Positions 22,801 to 31,126 of a DNA stretch of 64,000 nt are shown here, one piece after another. A model generated the notes under the pieces. That model did no database searches. It saw nothing but the letters and a program-made list of their open reading frames with translations, and was not told where the DNA came from. How positions within the stretch are numbered: the first letter of the stretch is position 1; each line of letters opens with the position of its first letter. Made by a program: the position numbers and the translations under genes. The stretch lies in the IMG/VR virus record IMGVR_UViG_3300042402_002792. One strand, 5' to 3'. Origin of the DNA: a virus. Its lineage: Duplodnaviria > Heunggongvirae > Uroviricota > Caudoviricetes.

Positions 22801-23335
22801 TTATACCTTTATCGTCAGGGTTACCAAATTGTCGCGTGGCGGGAAGTGCTGCATTTATAACTTTAATAAATTGATCATACCAATTTGGATTACTAGGGTC
22901 ATTCCATTGTACTGTTTGGCCTGAAAGATTTTTACCATTGCTATCATAAACAACTTGACTAGTGTTTACAGTTACAAACTTTAATAGTCCGCTAGCAGCA
23001 ATATTTCTTTTAGCGTTATAACTTAGCAGTTGTGCTAATCTTAGTACACTTTCTCTACGCTCTGCTAATTCTAAAAAGTTATCTCTAGCATTAAGATCTA
23101 TACGGAAGGCTAAGCTTTGACCTAAAAATGCAATAAGGTCGATAAGAGCTAGGTACTCACTTGATTCGATATAATCATTAAAATCTTCTGGATAGTTTTC
23201 ACGAATATAACTAACCATAACTCTGCGTAGATTTTCAAAATCGTAACTTTGAAAATCTGCATTTCGGAAACTTTGATAGATACGTTTCCAGTCTTCTGCT
23301 ACCAGCAGTCTATTTTGTCTATCAGTTGTTGACAT
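19862..23335 (-). CDS. Baseplate wedge subunit, T4 gp6-like
   Basis: DFQSYDFENLR, DFNDYIESSE, LAERRESVLRLAQLLSYN, ESNDSIKANAP..YYTQNRMITGEDY; follows gp25; likely ATG at 23335 after GGGAAG. Confidence 0.85.
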   Translation of the reverse strand: MSTTDRQNRLLVAEDWKRIYQSFRNADFQSYDFENLRRVMVSYIRENYPEDFNDYIESSEYLALIDLIAFLGQSLAFRIDLNARDNFLELAERRESVLRLAQLLSYNAKRNIAASGLLKFVTVNTSQVVYDSNGKNLSGQTVQWNDPSNPNWYDQFIKVINAALPATRQFGNPDDKGIIYGIPTEQYRFQASNTDVPVYSFTKSVDGRNLQFEIVSSTFKDQEYIYEEPPAVGNRMAFIYRNDGKGNGSSNTGFFVHFKQGILSQGAFTIDQPSSNEIIDINAFNINNDDVWLYKLDSQNLESEYWAKISALEGNNTIYNSLKKNIRNIYTVISRTNDAVSLGFSDGVFGTLPRGNFRIYYRQSAGVTYTINPRDIRNVTIDIPYVSNLNQFETLSVTVSLTNSVANSSEPESNDSIKANAPATYYTQNRMITGEDYNISPLNVNQQVIKIKSVNRTASGISRYFDLVDPTGKYSKTNLFADDGVLFKEEYTDSFRFNYNTKTDIEAVIYNNVVEILKSKQLRDFYYSKFTRIATESLNVKWFARTSETNQSTGFIADNTPGAPLTPYKTGTYTSTVLRFMTPGALIQFEVPNPATEYFDLGNDNTIETVLSGQLKPYNSSTTLWCKVVSVYGDGTNNLTGILTDGSGPVVLNDIIPTGSIIKQIIPAFRATIDTNTVSTMVDLVFSNKPFGLRYDVESRAWKIVFEVNLDTANSFNLGKQGDISNQQLDSSWLILFTTDTEFYTVRSRLMRYIFESDKQLRFYFDASDKIYDTRSNVVVKDKIKILSINIEPDLTIPFTYDKEWEITEEFRGIDGYVDTKKIQLTFADSDDDSVVDNPNLFEETVAPTINPTNKYIVQELYQLSQNQEDYRWVDNSSEIVKIRTSQSVVSVNSEVDGQYFYFIDTNTVKRLNKTTGAFEVSLDYKVYQGRDSIKFQYIHNADYESRIDPGLTNIIDIFVLTKDYDESFRQWLNNSIEEEPMPPSTDFLYNMLSTELNKIKSVSDEIIYHPVRYKVLFGSTASIDLQSSFKVVKNPEVVISDNDIKAKVLSAINEFFALENWDFGDNFYFTELSTYVMNRLAPNLANFLIVPKQSDLTFGSLFEIKSEKDQIFINGATVDDIEIISAVTASRIKSNGAISYSITTNSQQSITSAGNN

Positions 23336-23389
23336 ACGACTTCCCAATTATTCAGTATTTAGCGTATGTAATTAAGTGAGTATTTAATG

Positions 23390-23833
23390 TTAAGCTATTA
23401 ATCCGTTAGCTTGATCAAATTTAAATTGAATGAATTCTTGTATGTTATAAGGAAAATAAACTAATGTACATTCTACTTGTATACCGGTTTCGTAAGCAGT
23501 GACTATAATCTGTTCTGCTCTAATTCTAGGATCATAGTTACAAATAGTTTCAACATTTTTTGCTATTAGTTCTTTTAATTCGTCAGTAAGCGGATCAAAA
23601 AGAACGTCCCAAATTATAGTTCCAAATTCTGGATTTTCTAACTTTTCCCCTAGTCGAATATGAAAATGATTTAATAAGTCTTGTTTAATAAGAAACAAGT
23701 CATAAAGAGCAAAACTTTCTGCAGATGGAGAAACTGTACTAAAACCTTTGTAAGTTTTAGATTTTGGGGCAACCTGAACTTGATTTTGCCCTTGTATGTT
23801 AATTTTATCGTAAAGACGACCTAGTGCAGACAT
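23390..23833 (-). CDS. Baseplate wedge subunit, T4 gp25-like
   Basis: LIKQDLLNHFHIRLGEKLENPEFGTIIWDVLFDP...YDPRI fits the gp25/GPW family; lies between the spike and gp6 genes. Confidence 0.85.
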   Translation of the reverse strand: MSALGRLYDKINIQGQNQVQVAPKSKTYKGFSTVSPSAESFALYDLFLIKQDLLNHFHIRLGEKLENPEFGTIIWDVLFDPLTDELKELIAKNVETICNYDPRIRAEQIIVTAYETGIQVECTLVYFPYNIQEFIQFKFDQANGLIA

Positions 23834-23841
23834 AATAGTAT

Positions 23842-25800
23842 TTAACCTTCTTTTCTAAAGGTATCTGTAGCGGTACTGTATTCACGCCAAGAACTAGCAG
23901 GTTCATTCATGTCACTAGTAAAGTCACTTTGTTCATTTAATTCTTCACCGTCCGTAGATTCATATCTACCATCTTTATCCCTATCAGTTTCTGCAGGTTT
24001 AAACTTTATAGGATCTAAATTTTCATGATGCGGATAAGGTTCTGGTGTAGGCATTCTACGCACAATAGATTCAGTACTAGTTAAATCTTGCCATTTGTCT
24101 TGTCCTGGCAAATCAACAATTGTATGAAGTTTTAATCTTTGAGGTAATCCAGCTTCTTCAGCAGCTGCCGCATCAGGTCCCCCAGAGGCAGCGGCTGCAA
24201 TAGCAGCAACACTTGCATTGCTAGTACCACCTGTACTACCAGGGCTATATAAAAGTTGAGGAGCATCAATAATGTTGCTGTTGCCAGATTTAACTTGTGT
24301 GTTAGTACTAGCAGTAAATTTATTATCACCTGTAGTATTAATATCTAGACCGCCGCCAGTTGTAAGTTTTCTGTGTCCAGTAACTGTGTGATCAAATGTA
24401 CCGTTGTGCGTTATTCTGATGTTACCATTTACAATAACATCAGTGTTACCGCCTGTGGTTGTTTTAACTGTGCCGCTTTGTGTGACAAAGTTTTCAATTA
24501 CACTATTATAAACAGTATGCCGGAAGTCTTTTTCATATAACTTATCTACTTGTTGTTTAACATGATGTTTGTAATTTTGATCGTATAGTTTATCTACATC
24601 TTGTTTAACGTGTTGTTTGTAATTTTGTTCAAATGTTTCGTCTACATCTTTTTTAATTTGAATTTTTTGATTACCGTCAACAATTAAAATTTGATCTCCA
24701 ATAACATGGGTATGTTTTTCACCTTTAACTTTTGTGTTAAAGTTACGGCCTGCTTCCATATTAATGTCACGATCTGCATAAAAATTAAAATCTTGTTTAG
24801 TTCTAAAACTAATGCTGTCTTCTGCAAAGATATCAATTTTACCATCGCTGGTTATTTCTATCCATGCAGTGCCTCGACTGTTACCAATGTAAATTAAATC
24901 TTCACTATTGTGTAGTAGAATTTGGTGTCCTGTCCTTGTACGCAATCGTATAAGTTCATTATGTGGTCTATCTCTTAGTGCAGTCTCACCTGCTTCAACA
25001 GATACATATTCTGGCGGACCATCTGTAGGTAAAGTTTTGCGCTCCCACTTGTCATCACCATCATCCATAACAAAACTTGAACCACCTAGTCGACTTATAA
25101 ATGCTGCTGCCACTTTATGTTCGTGTTTACCAACTTTACCCTGCTTACCTGTTTTGTCAGTAGGTCCCGGAGTTGAAATGCCAAACACCATACTAGGTAC
25201 TTCACGTCGACCGCTAGAAGTAGTGATACCTCTTATATCATCTTTTAACAGTCCTTGATCTTCAAGTGCTTTGGCAAACGGATGTTCTGGTTTTAATTTT
25301 TTAGTAGTATCGCTTTGTACTTCAGGATGGATTATTTTGTTGTATTCTGTTGTAGGAACTCTTGATTTTTCTTTATCGGTTTGTCTACTATCATCAACTA
25401 CATATTCAGTAGCTGCAAAACCAGGAATACTAAAATCCATATCCTCGTCTTGAACACAACCAAACCAATACCCTTTACGTGTGTCGCCGTTGATAAAGAT
25501 ACACGCTACAATTGTACCAATGTCAGGAGGCACAAACCACATACCATAAGCTTTTTGTGTTTCATTATGTGTATCAGGGCTCTCTCCTACAAACTCTAGA
25601 CTAGTAGTTCCGTAAAAAGGATTAAGATGTTTAACTACTCGTAATTGACCTTCTCTATCTTCATCGTTACCAGATTCATGTAATAGCTGTACTTCCAATG
25701 ATCCCATATATGAAGGATCAAGGTGGCTGACAACTTTAGCTAAAAATGGTCCTGGATTTGGTGTTGAATAATTCGCACCTTTTCTTTCTTCTTGTGGCAT
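23842..25800 (-). CDS. Baseplate central spike, gp5/VgrG-like, with no lysozyme domain evident
   Basis: N-terminal OB-fold-type (DPSYMGSLEV, GMWFVPPDIGTIV, YWFGC); RTRTGHQILLH and WIEITSDGKIDI followed by 8-residue-period beta-helix repeats. Confidence 0.75.
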   Translation of the reverse strand: MPQEERKGANYSTPNPGPFLAKVVSHLDPSYMGSLEVQLLHESGNDEDREGQLRVVKHLNPFYGTTSLEFVGESPDTHNETQKAYGMWFVPPDIGTIVACIFINGDTRKGYWFGCVQDEDMDFSIPGFAATEYVVDDSRQTDKEKSRVPTTEYNKIIHPEVQSDTTKKLKPEHPFAKALEDQGLLKDDIRGITTSSGRREVPSMVFGISTPGPTDKTGKQGKVGKHEHKVAAAFISRLGGSSFVMDDGDDKWERKTLPTDGPPEYVSVEAGETALRDRPHNELIRLRTRTGHQILLHNSEDLIYIGNSRGTAWIEITSDGKIDIFAEDSISFRTKQDFNFYADRDINMEAGRNFNTKVKGEKHTHVIGDQILIVDGNQKIQIKKDVDETFEQNYKQHVKQDVDKLYDQNYKHHVKQQVDKLYEKDFRHTVYNSVIENFVTQSGTVKTTTGGNTDVIVNGNIRITHNGTFDHTVTGHRKLTTGGGLDINTTGDNKFTASTNTQVKSGNSNIIDAPQLLYSPGSTGGTSNASVAAIAAAASGGPDAAAAEEAGLPQRLKLHTIVDLPGQDKWQDLTSTESIVRRMPTPEPYPHHENLDPIKFKPAETDRDKDGRYESTDGEELNEQSDFTSDMNEPASSWREYSTATDTFRKEG

Positions 25801-25808
25801 AACAACCT

Positions 25809-28043
25809 TTATGGAACGTAAATTTCTTGACTATCTGGCATAGGTTCTTTTTCTGGAAACTGGCCGCCACCGGCGTCGACAATACCCAACTTTTTAATCA
25901 ATTGTAATTTTTGTGTAAATTTTCCTCTTACAAAACTACTATCAACTGATTGTATTTTGTAATATCCGCTAAATTCTCTAACAGGTTTACCTTCTCCGCC
26001 AAAATCATAAAGACCCGAATCAGTGTTAAGATCTTCAGGCATTCTAAAAGTTAACTTTAAATATTGTTCTCCTTCATGCCACGGCATACAACTACCATCA
26101 GTAACGTAAAAATTACCCATACCGCTGTCACCTAATAAGAAGGGATCTCCTAAAATAGTCAATTCAAGATTTAACATATCATATGACTTAGTGATTATGT
26201 CATGGAACTGTCTTGCTGCAACAGTTGCAGCATCATCAAATGAGGCTCCACCAAAAAGTCCTGTCATTGACTGGTTAGCATCTCTCCTAACAACTTCTGG
26301 TCCTGTTTGACCGCTCGGTTCTGTATCAGGAGGTTTATTTCCCGATCTAACTGGTGCTGCATTACTAGATCTGTTAGCTAGATTTTTATCATCAGAGTTT
26401 GCGCCGCCGTCGGCATTGTGTGCTCTATAAAATGCTAGTTTGTAATCAATATTCCAATCTAAAATATCGTGATTTTTTCCTGTGTACAACCAATATAAAT
26501 CTCGTACCGGAGGAGGATCAGCAGTTTTAGTGTTAGGAGGGAAAAATTTAGCAGCATCAACTTTATAAGGTACAACTCTAAATATTACCTTTTTAGCCTT
26601 TTCACCTGTTTTAGTATCTTCACTAGATATGTTATGATATCTAGTTTCAACACGCCACCAGTTTACCCAAGTACCTGGATTTTCTAAAGCTTTTCTAGCG
26701 TAATCGCTAGATAATAATACTTGATTAATAACATCTTGTACTGTAGCACCTTTGGCAAATTTGTAATCGCCATTCTTTACATTAATAGACAAATTTCCTC
26801 GTTTAAAAACACCGTTTTCATAAGTTGCACCGTCTTTAGCAAATGGCGTATCAGCTCTGTTATATTGATTTAATCCTAGATCAGCTTCTCCAATTTCGTT
26901 TCCATCACTATCGCTGTCTCCTGGAGGAGGAGGGAAACAGATTTCTATTTCGTGTGCATTTGTTACTGTTTGCTTTCTAGTTTTATCGTCTTTAAGTTTA
27001 TCGTTTAAAACTTTTTTCATACTTTTTTCAGCAAACTTTAGTAAATCTTTTACTTTGAACGGACCGTCTTTATCACACTGAATAGTAAGATCAGTTTTTA
27101 ATTCGTTGAATGTTCTAGACATGCCTCCTTCGTTCCAAGGATAAGCATTTATTTCATATTCAGTACCACGTTTTGTCACTTTCATTTGCATATCGAGAAT
27201 TTTCATATGAATGAATTTATCGGTGTTTGGTACTGTGATAAACGCTGCTTCGTGACTAGCATGTCCTAAAAATCTTATAGCTAGTTGGTATGGTGCCGTA
27301 GCATAGTTTTTATGTCCGGCCGCTTCTGCCTGTAGTTGAACTGCTTCCCAAAATTTACCCATACTGTGGGGTTCAATAACTGTAAAAGATATACTCATTG
27401 CATTTGAATTGCCAGTTGTTTGATCCATTCCAACTACGCCAGAAACTCTAACGTTATCTATATAGGTTACATACGGAGCGCCATCGCCGTTTGGCATATT
27501 GATAATAGTTCGGCCGACATTCATTCCTCGGGCGCCGCCATTAGCTTCACCGTCACTTAAACAAGACAATCTGAACATATAAGTGTAAGAAGCAAATGCA
27601 TGTAGAGGATTAGATCCAGCCCCACCACCGCCTCCGCCACCGCCTCCACCTCCATCGCTAGAAGATGTTGCACCGTTTCCACTACCCGTTAACATTCCAG
27701 CAATCGATTTAACTGATTGTGCAATTTGTCCTAATGCTGCAACTGCACCGGCTGCTGCTGTTGCAGTAACAGCAATATTAGAAGCGGCAGCAGTTAATCG
27801 ACTATTGCCTGTGATAACACCTACTGCTGCAATAGCTCCTGCTGCTGAGCCAACACCAGCAGCTACTCCTGGAAGAGCACTAATTATTCCTGTTCCAACA
27901 TTTGTAACTCCGCTAACTGCGGCATTTCTAACAGCGGAAGCAGATCTTCCAATGCCTGTTGTTGCTTGAGTGATAGAAGTTGTTACTCCCTGTACCGCTG
28001 AAGCTGTTTGCTGAATTTGTGTATTAAATGTTGCAAATGGCAT
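25809..28043 (-). CDS. Baseplate hub/tail protein (gp27-like by position)
   Basis: C-terminal LELTILGDP...FSGYYKIQSVDSSFVRGKFTQKLQL typical of contractile-tail hub proteins; lies between gp53-like and spike genes. Confidence 0.55.
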   Translation of the reverse strand: MPFATFNTQIQQTASAVQGVTTSITQATTGIGRSASAVRNAAVSGVTNVGTGIISALPGVAAGVGSAAGAIAAVGVITGNSRLTAAASNIAVTATAAAGAVAALGQIAQSVKSIAGMLTGSGNGATSSSDGGGGGGGGGGGAGSNPLHAFASYTYMFRLSCLSDGEANGGARGMNVGRTIINMPNGDGAPYVTYIDNVRVSGVVGMDQTTGNSNAMSISFTVIEPHSMGKFWEAVQLQAEAAGHKNYATAPYQLAIRFLGHASHEAAFITVPNTDKFIHMKILDMQMKVTKRGTEYEINAYPWNEGGMSRTFNELKTDLTIQCDKDGPFKVKDLLKFAEKSMKKVLNDKLKDDKTRKQTVTNAHEIEICFPPPPGDSDSDGNEIGEADLGLNQYNRADTPFAKDGATYENGVFKRGNLSINVKNGDYKFAKGATVQDVINQVLLSSDYARKALENPGTWVNWWRVETRYHNISSEDTKTGEKAKKVIFRVVPYKVDAAKFFPPNTKTADPPPVRDLYWLYTGKNHDILDWNIDYKLAFYRAHNADGGANSDDKNLANRSSNAAPVRSGNKPPDTEPSGQTGPEVVRRDANQSMTGLFGGASFDDAATVAARQFHDIITKSYDMLNLELTILGDPFLLGDSGMGNFYVTDGSCMPWHEGEQYLKLTFRMPEDLNTDSGLYDFGGEGKPVREFSGYYKIQSVDSSFVRGKFTQKLQLIKKLGIVDAGGGQFPEKEPMPDSQEIYVP

Positions 28044-28044
28044 A

Positions 28045-28356
28045 TTATAATCCTAACGCTTCGACTAGTTGTTCGCCTTTTGGTATATAAATTTGCAGGC
28101 CTGGAACAAAATCGTATATAGGATCTTGAATTCTATCTAAATTTCTTTGCATGAATACCCACCATAATTTTGGTGTTTTATATAAATCATAGGCTAACAA
28201 ATCAGGCCGATGTGTATATTGACTTTCTACTGTATAAAGAAAATCGTCACCGTCTGCTGGTATAGGACGAATTTCTAAAAATCCTAAATATCCCTGAGTC
28301 TTAGGAGTAGTCTTCCACGGACTAGTTGATTTATAAGTTGCATTATATGAAGACAT
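28045..28356 (-). CDS. Baseplate wedge protein, gp53-like (LysM-like)
   Basis: YTHRPDLLAYDLYKTPKLWWVF...N...DPIYDFVPGLQIYIP; start at 28356 by TAATG coupling. Confidence 0.75.
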   Translation of the reverse strand: MSSYNATYKSTSPWKTTPKTQGYLGFLEIRPIPADGDDFLYTVESQYTHRPDLLAYDLYKTPKLWWVFMQRNLDRIQDPIYDFVPGLQIYIPKGEQLVEALGL

Positions 28357-29171
28357 TATACCCACTTCCCGTTATGTATCGACGAAAGGCTAAATCCTTT
28401 AACTTCTTCTCTGCTATAAACAGGTTGAAGTTGAATGCTAAAATTGCTTTTAATAGGTACATGATCAGTTCCGGCAGCAATGTAGTCTACACTGCTCGGT
28501 AAATCAACACTGAAAGTTTTAATAATTACCGGAATAGCATTAAACACGTGATCGCCATAAGCATCAAACTTACAAATAAATGGAGGATTTCCGTCTGGAA
28601 ACATTTTTACACTTTTGCGTAAAAAATTAACTGCTTTAACCCATGCCATACCCTGTACAGCATCTTCGTTAAACCACGGTGCAGTAATTGATATTGTTTC
28701 TGCTTTAGAATTCTGATAGGCAAAAAAACTATAATTTTGATGAGTGATTGGAACTTCTTCGTAGTTGGCACCACCATTTATAGCAATTGTTGGTGTGTAA
28801 GGAAAAATTAATTTCTCGCCGCCAAAGCCGGTAATACGAGCACGCCAATCTCCTCCGCCGCCACCGCCGCCTAGAGCACCAAATGCTCCAGCAATTCTAC
28901 CCACAGCGCCAGTAGCTTGGTTAATAGCTCCGCTAAATAATGCGGCTCCAGCTGCTACTCTAGCAATAGGGTTGCCTCCAGGGGGCAAATTAATGCTCCT
29001 TAATGCAGAGATTGATGCTGCTGCCGATGTCACATTATTGATAGCGCCAGACATTCTAGCCGCTGTTCCTGCTACTGACCCAACTACACCAACTGCTTGA
29101 CTAGCAATAGAGCCAACCGATGAAGCTGCATTACCTATCGATCCAGCAAATGAATCAAAATTTGGCATCAT
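28356..29171 (-). CDS. Tail tube initiator/baseplate protein (gp48/gp54-like by position)
   Basis: LIFPYTPTI...H.NY....YQNS...ISITA...GNPP.IC...YG..VF..IPVII..FSVDLP..VDYI; first gene of the baseplate operon. Confidence 0.5.
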   Translation of the reverse strand: MMPNFDSFAGSIGNAASSVGSIASQAVGVVGSVAGTAARMSGAINNVTSAAASISALRSINLPPGGNPIARVAAGAALFSGAINQATGAVGRIAGAFGALGGGGGGGDWRARITGFGGEKLIFPYTPTIAINGGANYEEVPITHQNYSFFAYQNSKAETISITAPWFNEDAVQGMAWVKAVNFLRKSVKMFPDGNPPFICKFDAYGDHVFNAIPVIIKTFSVDLPSSVDYIAAGTDHVPIKSNFSIQLQPVYSREEVKGFSLSSIHNGKWV

Positions 29172-29190
29172 TAATTCCTTTTTGTCATAT

Positions 29191-29196
29191 TATTTA
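29191..29196 (-). promoter_or_regulatory. T4-type late promoter (TAAATA) for the baseplate operon
   Basis: TAAATA 20 nt upstream of ATG 29171 with AAGGA between; same motif recurs before many structural genes. Confidence 0.7.
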
Positions 29197-29197
29197 G

Positions 29198-29226
29198 TTG
29201 ACAAAATTAACTGCATAGTTTATAAT
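29198..29226 (+). promoter_or_regulatory. Consensus sigma70-type promoter for gp55
   Basis: TTGACA (29198-29203), 17 bp spacer, TATAAT (29221-29226). Confidence 0.9.
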
Positions 29227-29233
29227 ACAAAGT

Positions 29234-30067
29234 ATGACAACACCACCTAAAGTTAACTACTTAAACAACAAAGATTTATTAGAAGAAATACACAAAAGTA
29301 AAGTAACTTACTGTAGCTTTACTCAACCAGAATATCATAGATATGATATTATTCTTCCTAATATCGACAAAATTAATATTAGAACTATTGCTGAAGCTAA
29401 ACGAGCACAGGCTAAAAGATTAGGCCAAAAAGCGTTTGAAGCTCGTAAAGCTGCCGGTGAAAAAATTAAAGCTAGTGAATGCGAAATTGATTACAAAAAA
29501 ATCGGCAAGCAAGACTTAGTGTTTAGGATTATGACATTTGATCATATTCCACTAAACAACACTAGAAAAAAGAATCCAAAAACAGTAGCTGACCATAGAG
29601 ACAAAGTTAATTTTCCCCCTTTCCAACACTGGAAATTTGATGAGAACGATATTTTAGTATGTGTGGGCAAAAGCCACTGGCGTGGACCAGTAGACAAAGG
29701 CAAATTTAGCAAGGATCACGGGCAAATTACCAACACACTAGCCCGTATGTACATTAAATTATGCGAAAGATATGCTACAAGAGGTAATGTTCGTGGGTAT
29801 ACTTACAACGATGAAATGCGAGGGCAGGCAATTTTACAGCTTACTCAAATTGGTTTACAGTTCGATGAAAGTAAATCGGACAATCCTTTTGCTTATTTTA
29901 CTGCCGCCGTTACTAACAGCTTTGTTAGAATCATTAACATAGAAAAGCGCAATCAAGTTATTCGTGACGATCTTCTAGAAATTAATGGTATGAATCCTAG
30001 TTATACTAGAATGGGGGAAGGCGAACATGCGGCTGCAATGAAAAGAAACGAAAGTTCTGATGATTGA
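29234..30067 (+). CDS. gp55: Late-transcription sigma factor, T4 gp55-like
   Basis: YLNNKDLLEEI; YATRGNVRGYTYNDEM...FDESKSDNPFAYFT...SFVRIINIEKR; T4 gene order 55-47-46. Confidence 0.85.
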   Translation: MTTPPKVNYLNNKDLLEEIHKSKVTYCSFTQPEYHRYDIILPNIDKINIRTIAEAKRAQAKRLGQKAFEARKAAGEKIKASECEIDYKKIGKQDLVFRIMTFDHIPLNNTRKKNPKTVADHRDKVNFPPFQHWKFDENDILVCVGKSHWRGPVDKGKFSKDHGQITNTLARMYIKLCERYATRGNVRGYTYNDEMRGQAILQLTQIGLQFDESKSDNPFAYFTAAVTNSFVRIINIEKRNQVIRDDLLEINGMNPSYTRMGEGEHAAAMKRNESSDD

Positions 30068-30092
30068 CCTTTTTTGGTTAATCAGTTATACT
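30064..30092 (+). promoter_or_regulatory. Sigma70-type promoter for gp47/gp46
   Basis: TTGACC (30064-30069), 17 bp spacer, TATACT (30087-30092); GGAG at 30101 ahead of ATG 30116. Confidence 0.7.
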
Positions 30093-30115
30093 GTTGTGCT
30101 GGAGATAACATAATA

Positions 30116-31126
30116 ATGAGTTTATTTAAAAAAGTAGCCTGTTTCACAGACATACACTTCGGACTTAAATCAAATAGTCAAACACACAATCAAGACTGCG
30201 AAGAATTTGTAGACTGGTTTATTAAGCAGGCAAAATTTCACGGCTGTGACACCGGTATGTTTTTAGGAGACTGGCATCACAATCGCAACAGTCTTAATAT
30301 TACTACTATGGATTATAGCCTTAGGGCTTTAGAAAAACTAGGAAAAGCATTTGATCAATTTTACTTCTTTCCTGGTAATCACGATTTATATTACAAAGAC
30401 AAACGTGACATCCATAGTGTAGAATTTGGCAAATACATTCCTGGTATTAACATAGTATCTAAACCAGAAACTATAGATGAAGTTACCATGTGTCCATGGT
30501 TAGTTGGCGACGAGTGGAAGTCTGTAGGCAAGAAAAACAGCAGGTATATCTTTGGTCACTTTGAATTACCGCAGTTTATGATGAATGCCATGGTACAGAT
30601 GCCAGATCACGGTGAAATTCAACTAGAACACTTTACTGGATATGAGCTAGGATTTAGCGGGCACTTCCATAAGCGCCAGCAAAAGAAGAACATGTGCTAT
30701 ATTGGTAATGCGTTTCCTCATAACTATGCAGATGCGTGGGATGACAATCGAGGTATGATGATTATGGATTGGGGTTCTGATCCCATGTATATTGATTGGC
30801 CAGGCTGTCCTAAGTTTAGAACATTAAAACTAAGCGAACTAATTGATAATGCTGATAAATTATTAACCAGTAAGATGCATCTTAGAGTAAGCTTGGATAT
30901 TGATATCAGTTACGAAGAAGCTAACTTTATCAAAGAAAACTTTATCAGTAGTTACGATATTCGAGAACTTACTCTTATACCAGAAAAGAAAGAAGTAGAA
31001 ATTAACACTGATATTGATATTAAAGCATTCGAAAGCGTAGATCAGATTGTAAGTAATCAATTAGTTAATCTACAAGTAGGATCATTTGATCCTAAAGTTC
31101 TACTTAATATCTACAATAACTTATGA
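30116..31126 (+). CDS. gp47: Recombination endonuclease subunit (Mre11/SbcD-like)
   Basis: Metallophosphoesterase motifs DIHFG, GDWHH, GNHD, GHFE, GHFH; start reassigned to MSLFKK at 30116. Confidence 0.9.
   Translation: MSLFKKVACFTDIHFGLKSNSQTHNQDCEEFVDWFIKQAKFHGCDTGMFLGDWHHNRNSLNITTMDYSLRALEKLGKAFDQFYFFPGNHDLYYKDKRDIHSVEFGKYIPGINIVSKPETIDEVTMCPWLVGDEWKSVGKKNSRYIFGHFELPQFMMNAMVQMPDHGEIQLEHFTGYELGFSGHFHKRQQKKNMCYIGNAFPHNYADAWDDNRGMMIMDWGSDPMYIDWPGCPKFRTLKLSELIDNADKLLTSKMHLRVSLDIDISYEEANFIKENFISSYDIRELTLIPEKKEVEINTDIDIKAFESVDQIVSNQLVNLQVGSFDPKVLLNIYNNL

Noticed and set aside
23842-25800. Tail lysozyme domain in the gp5-like protein
   Set aside because: No T4-lysozyme catalytic motif is visible between the OB-fold and beta-helix regions.
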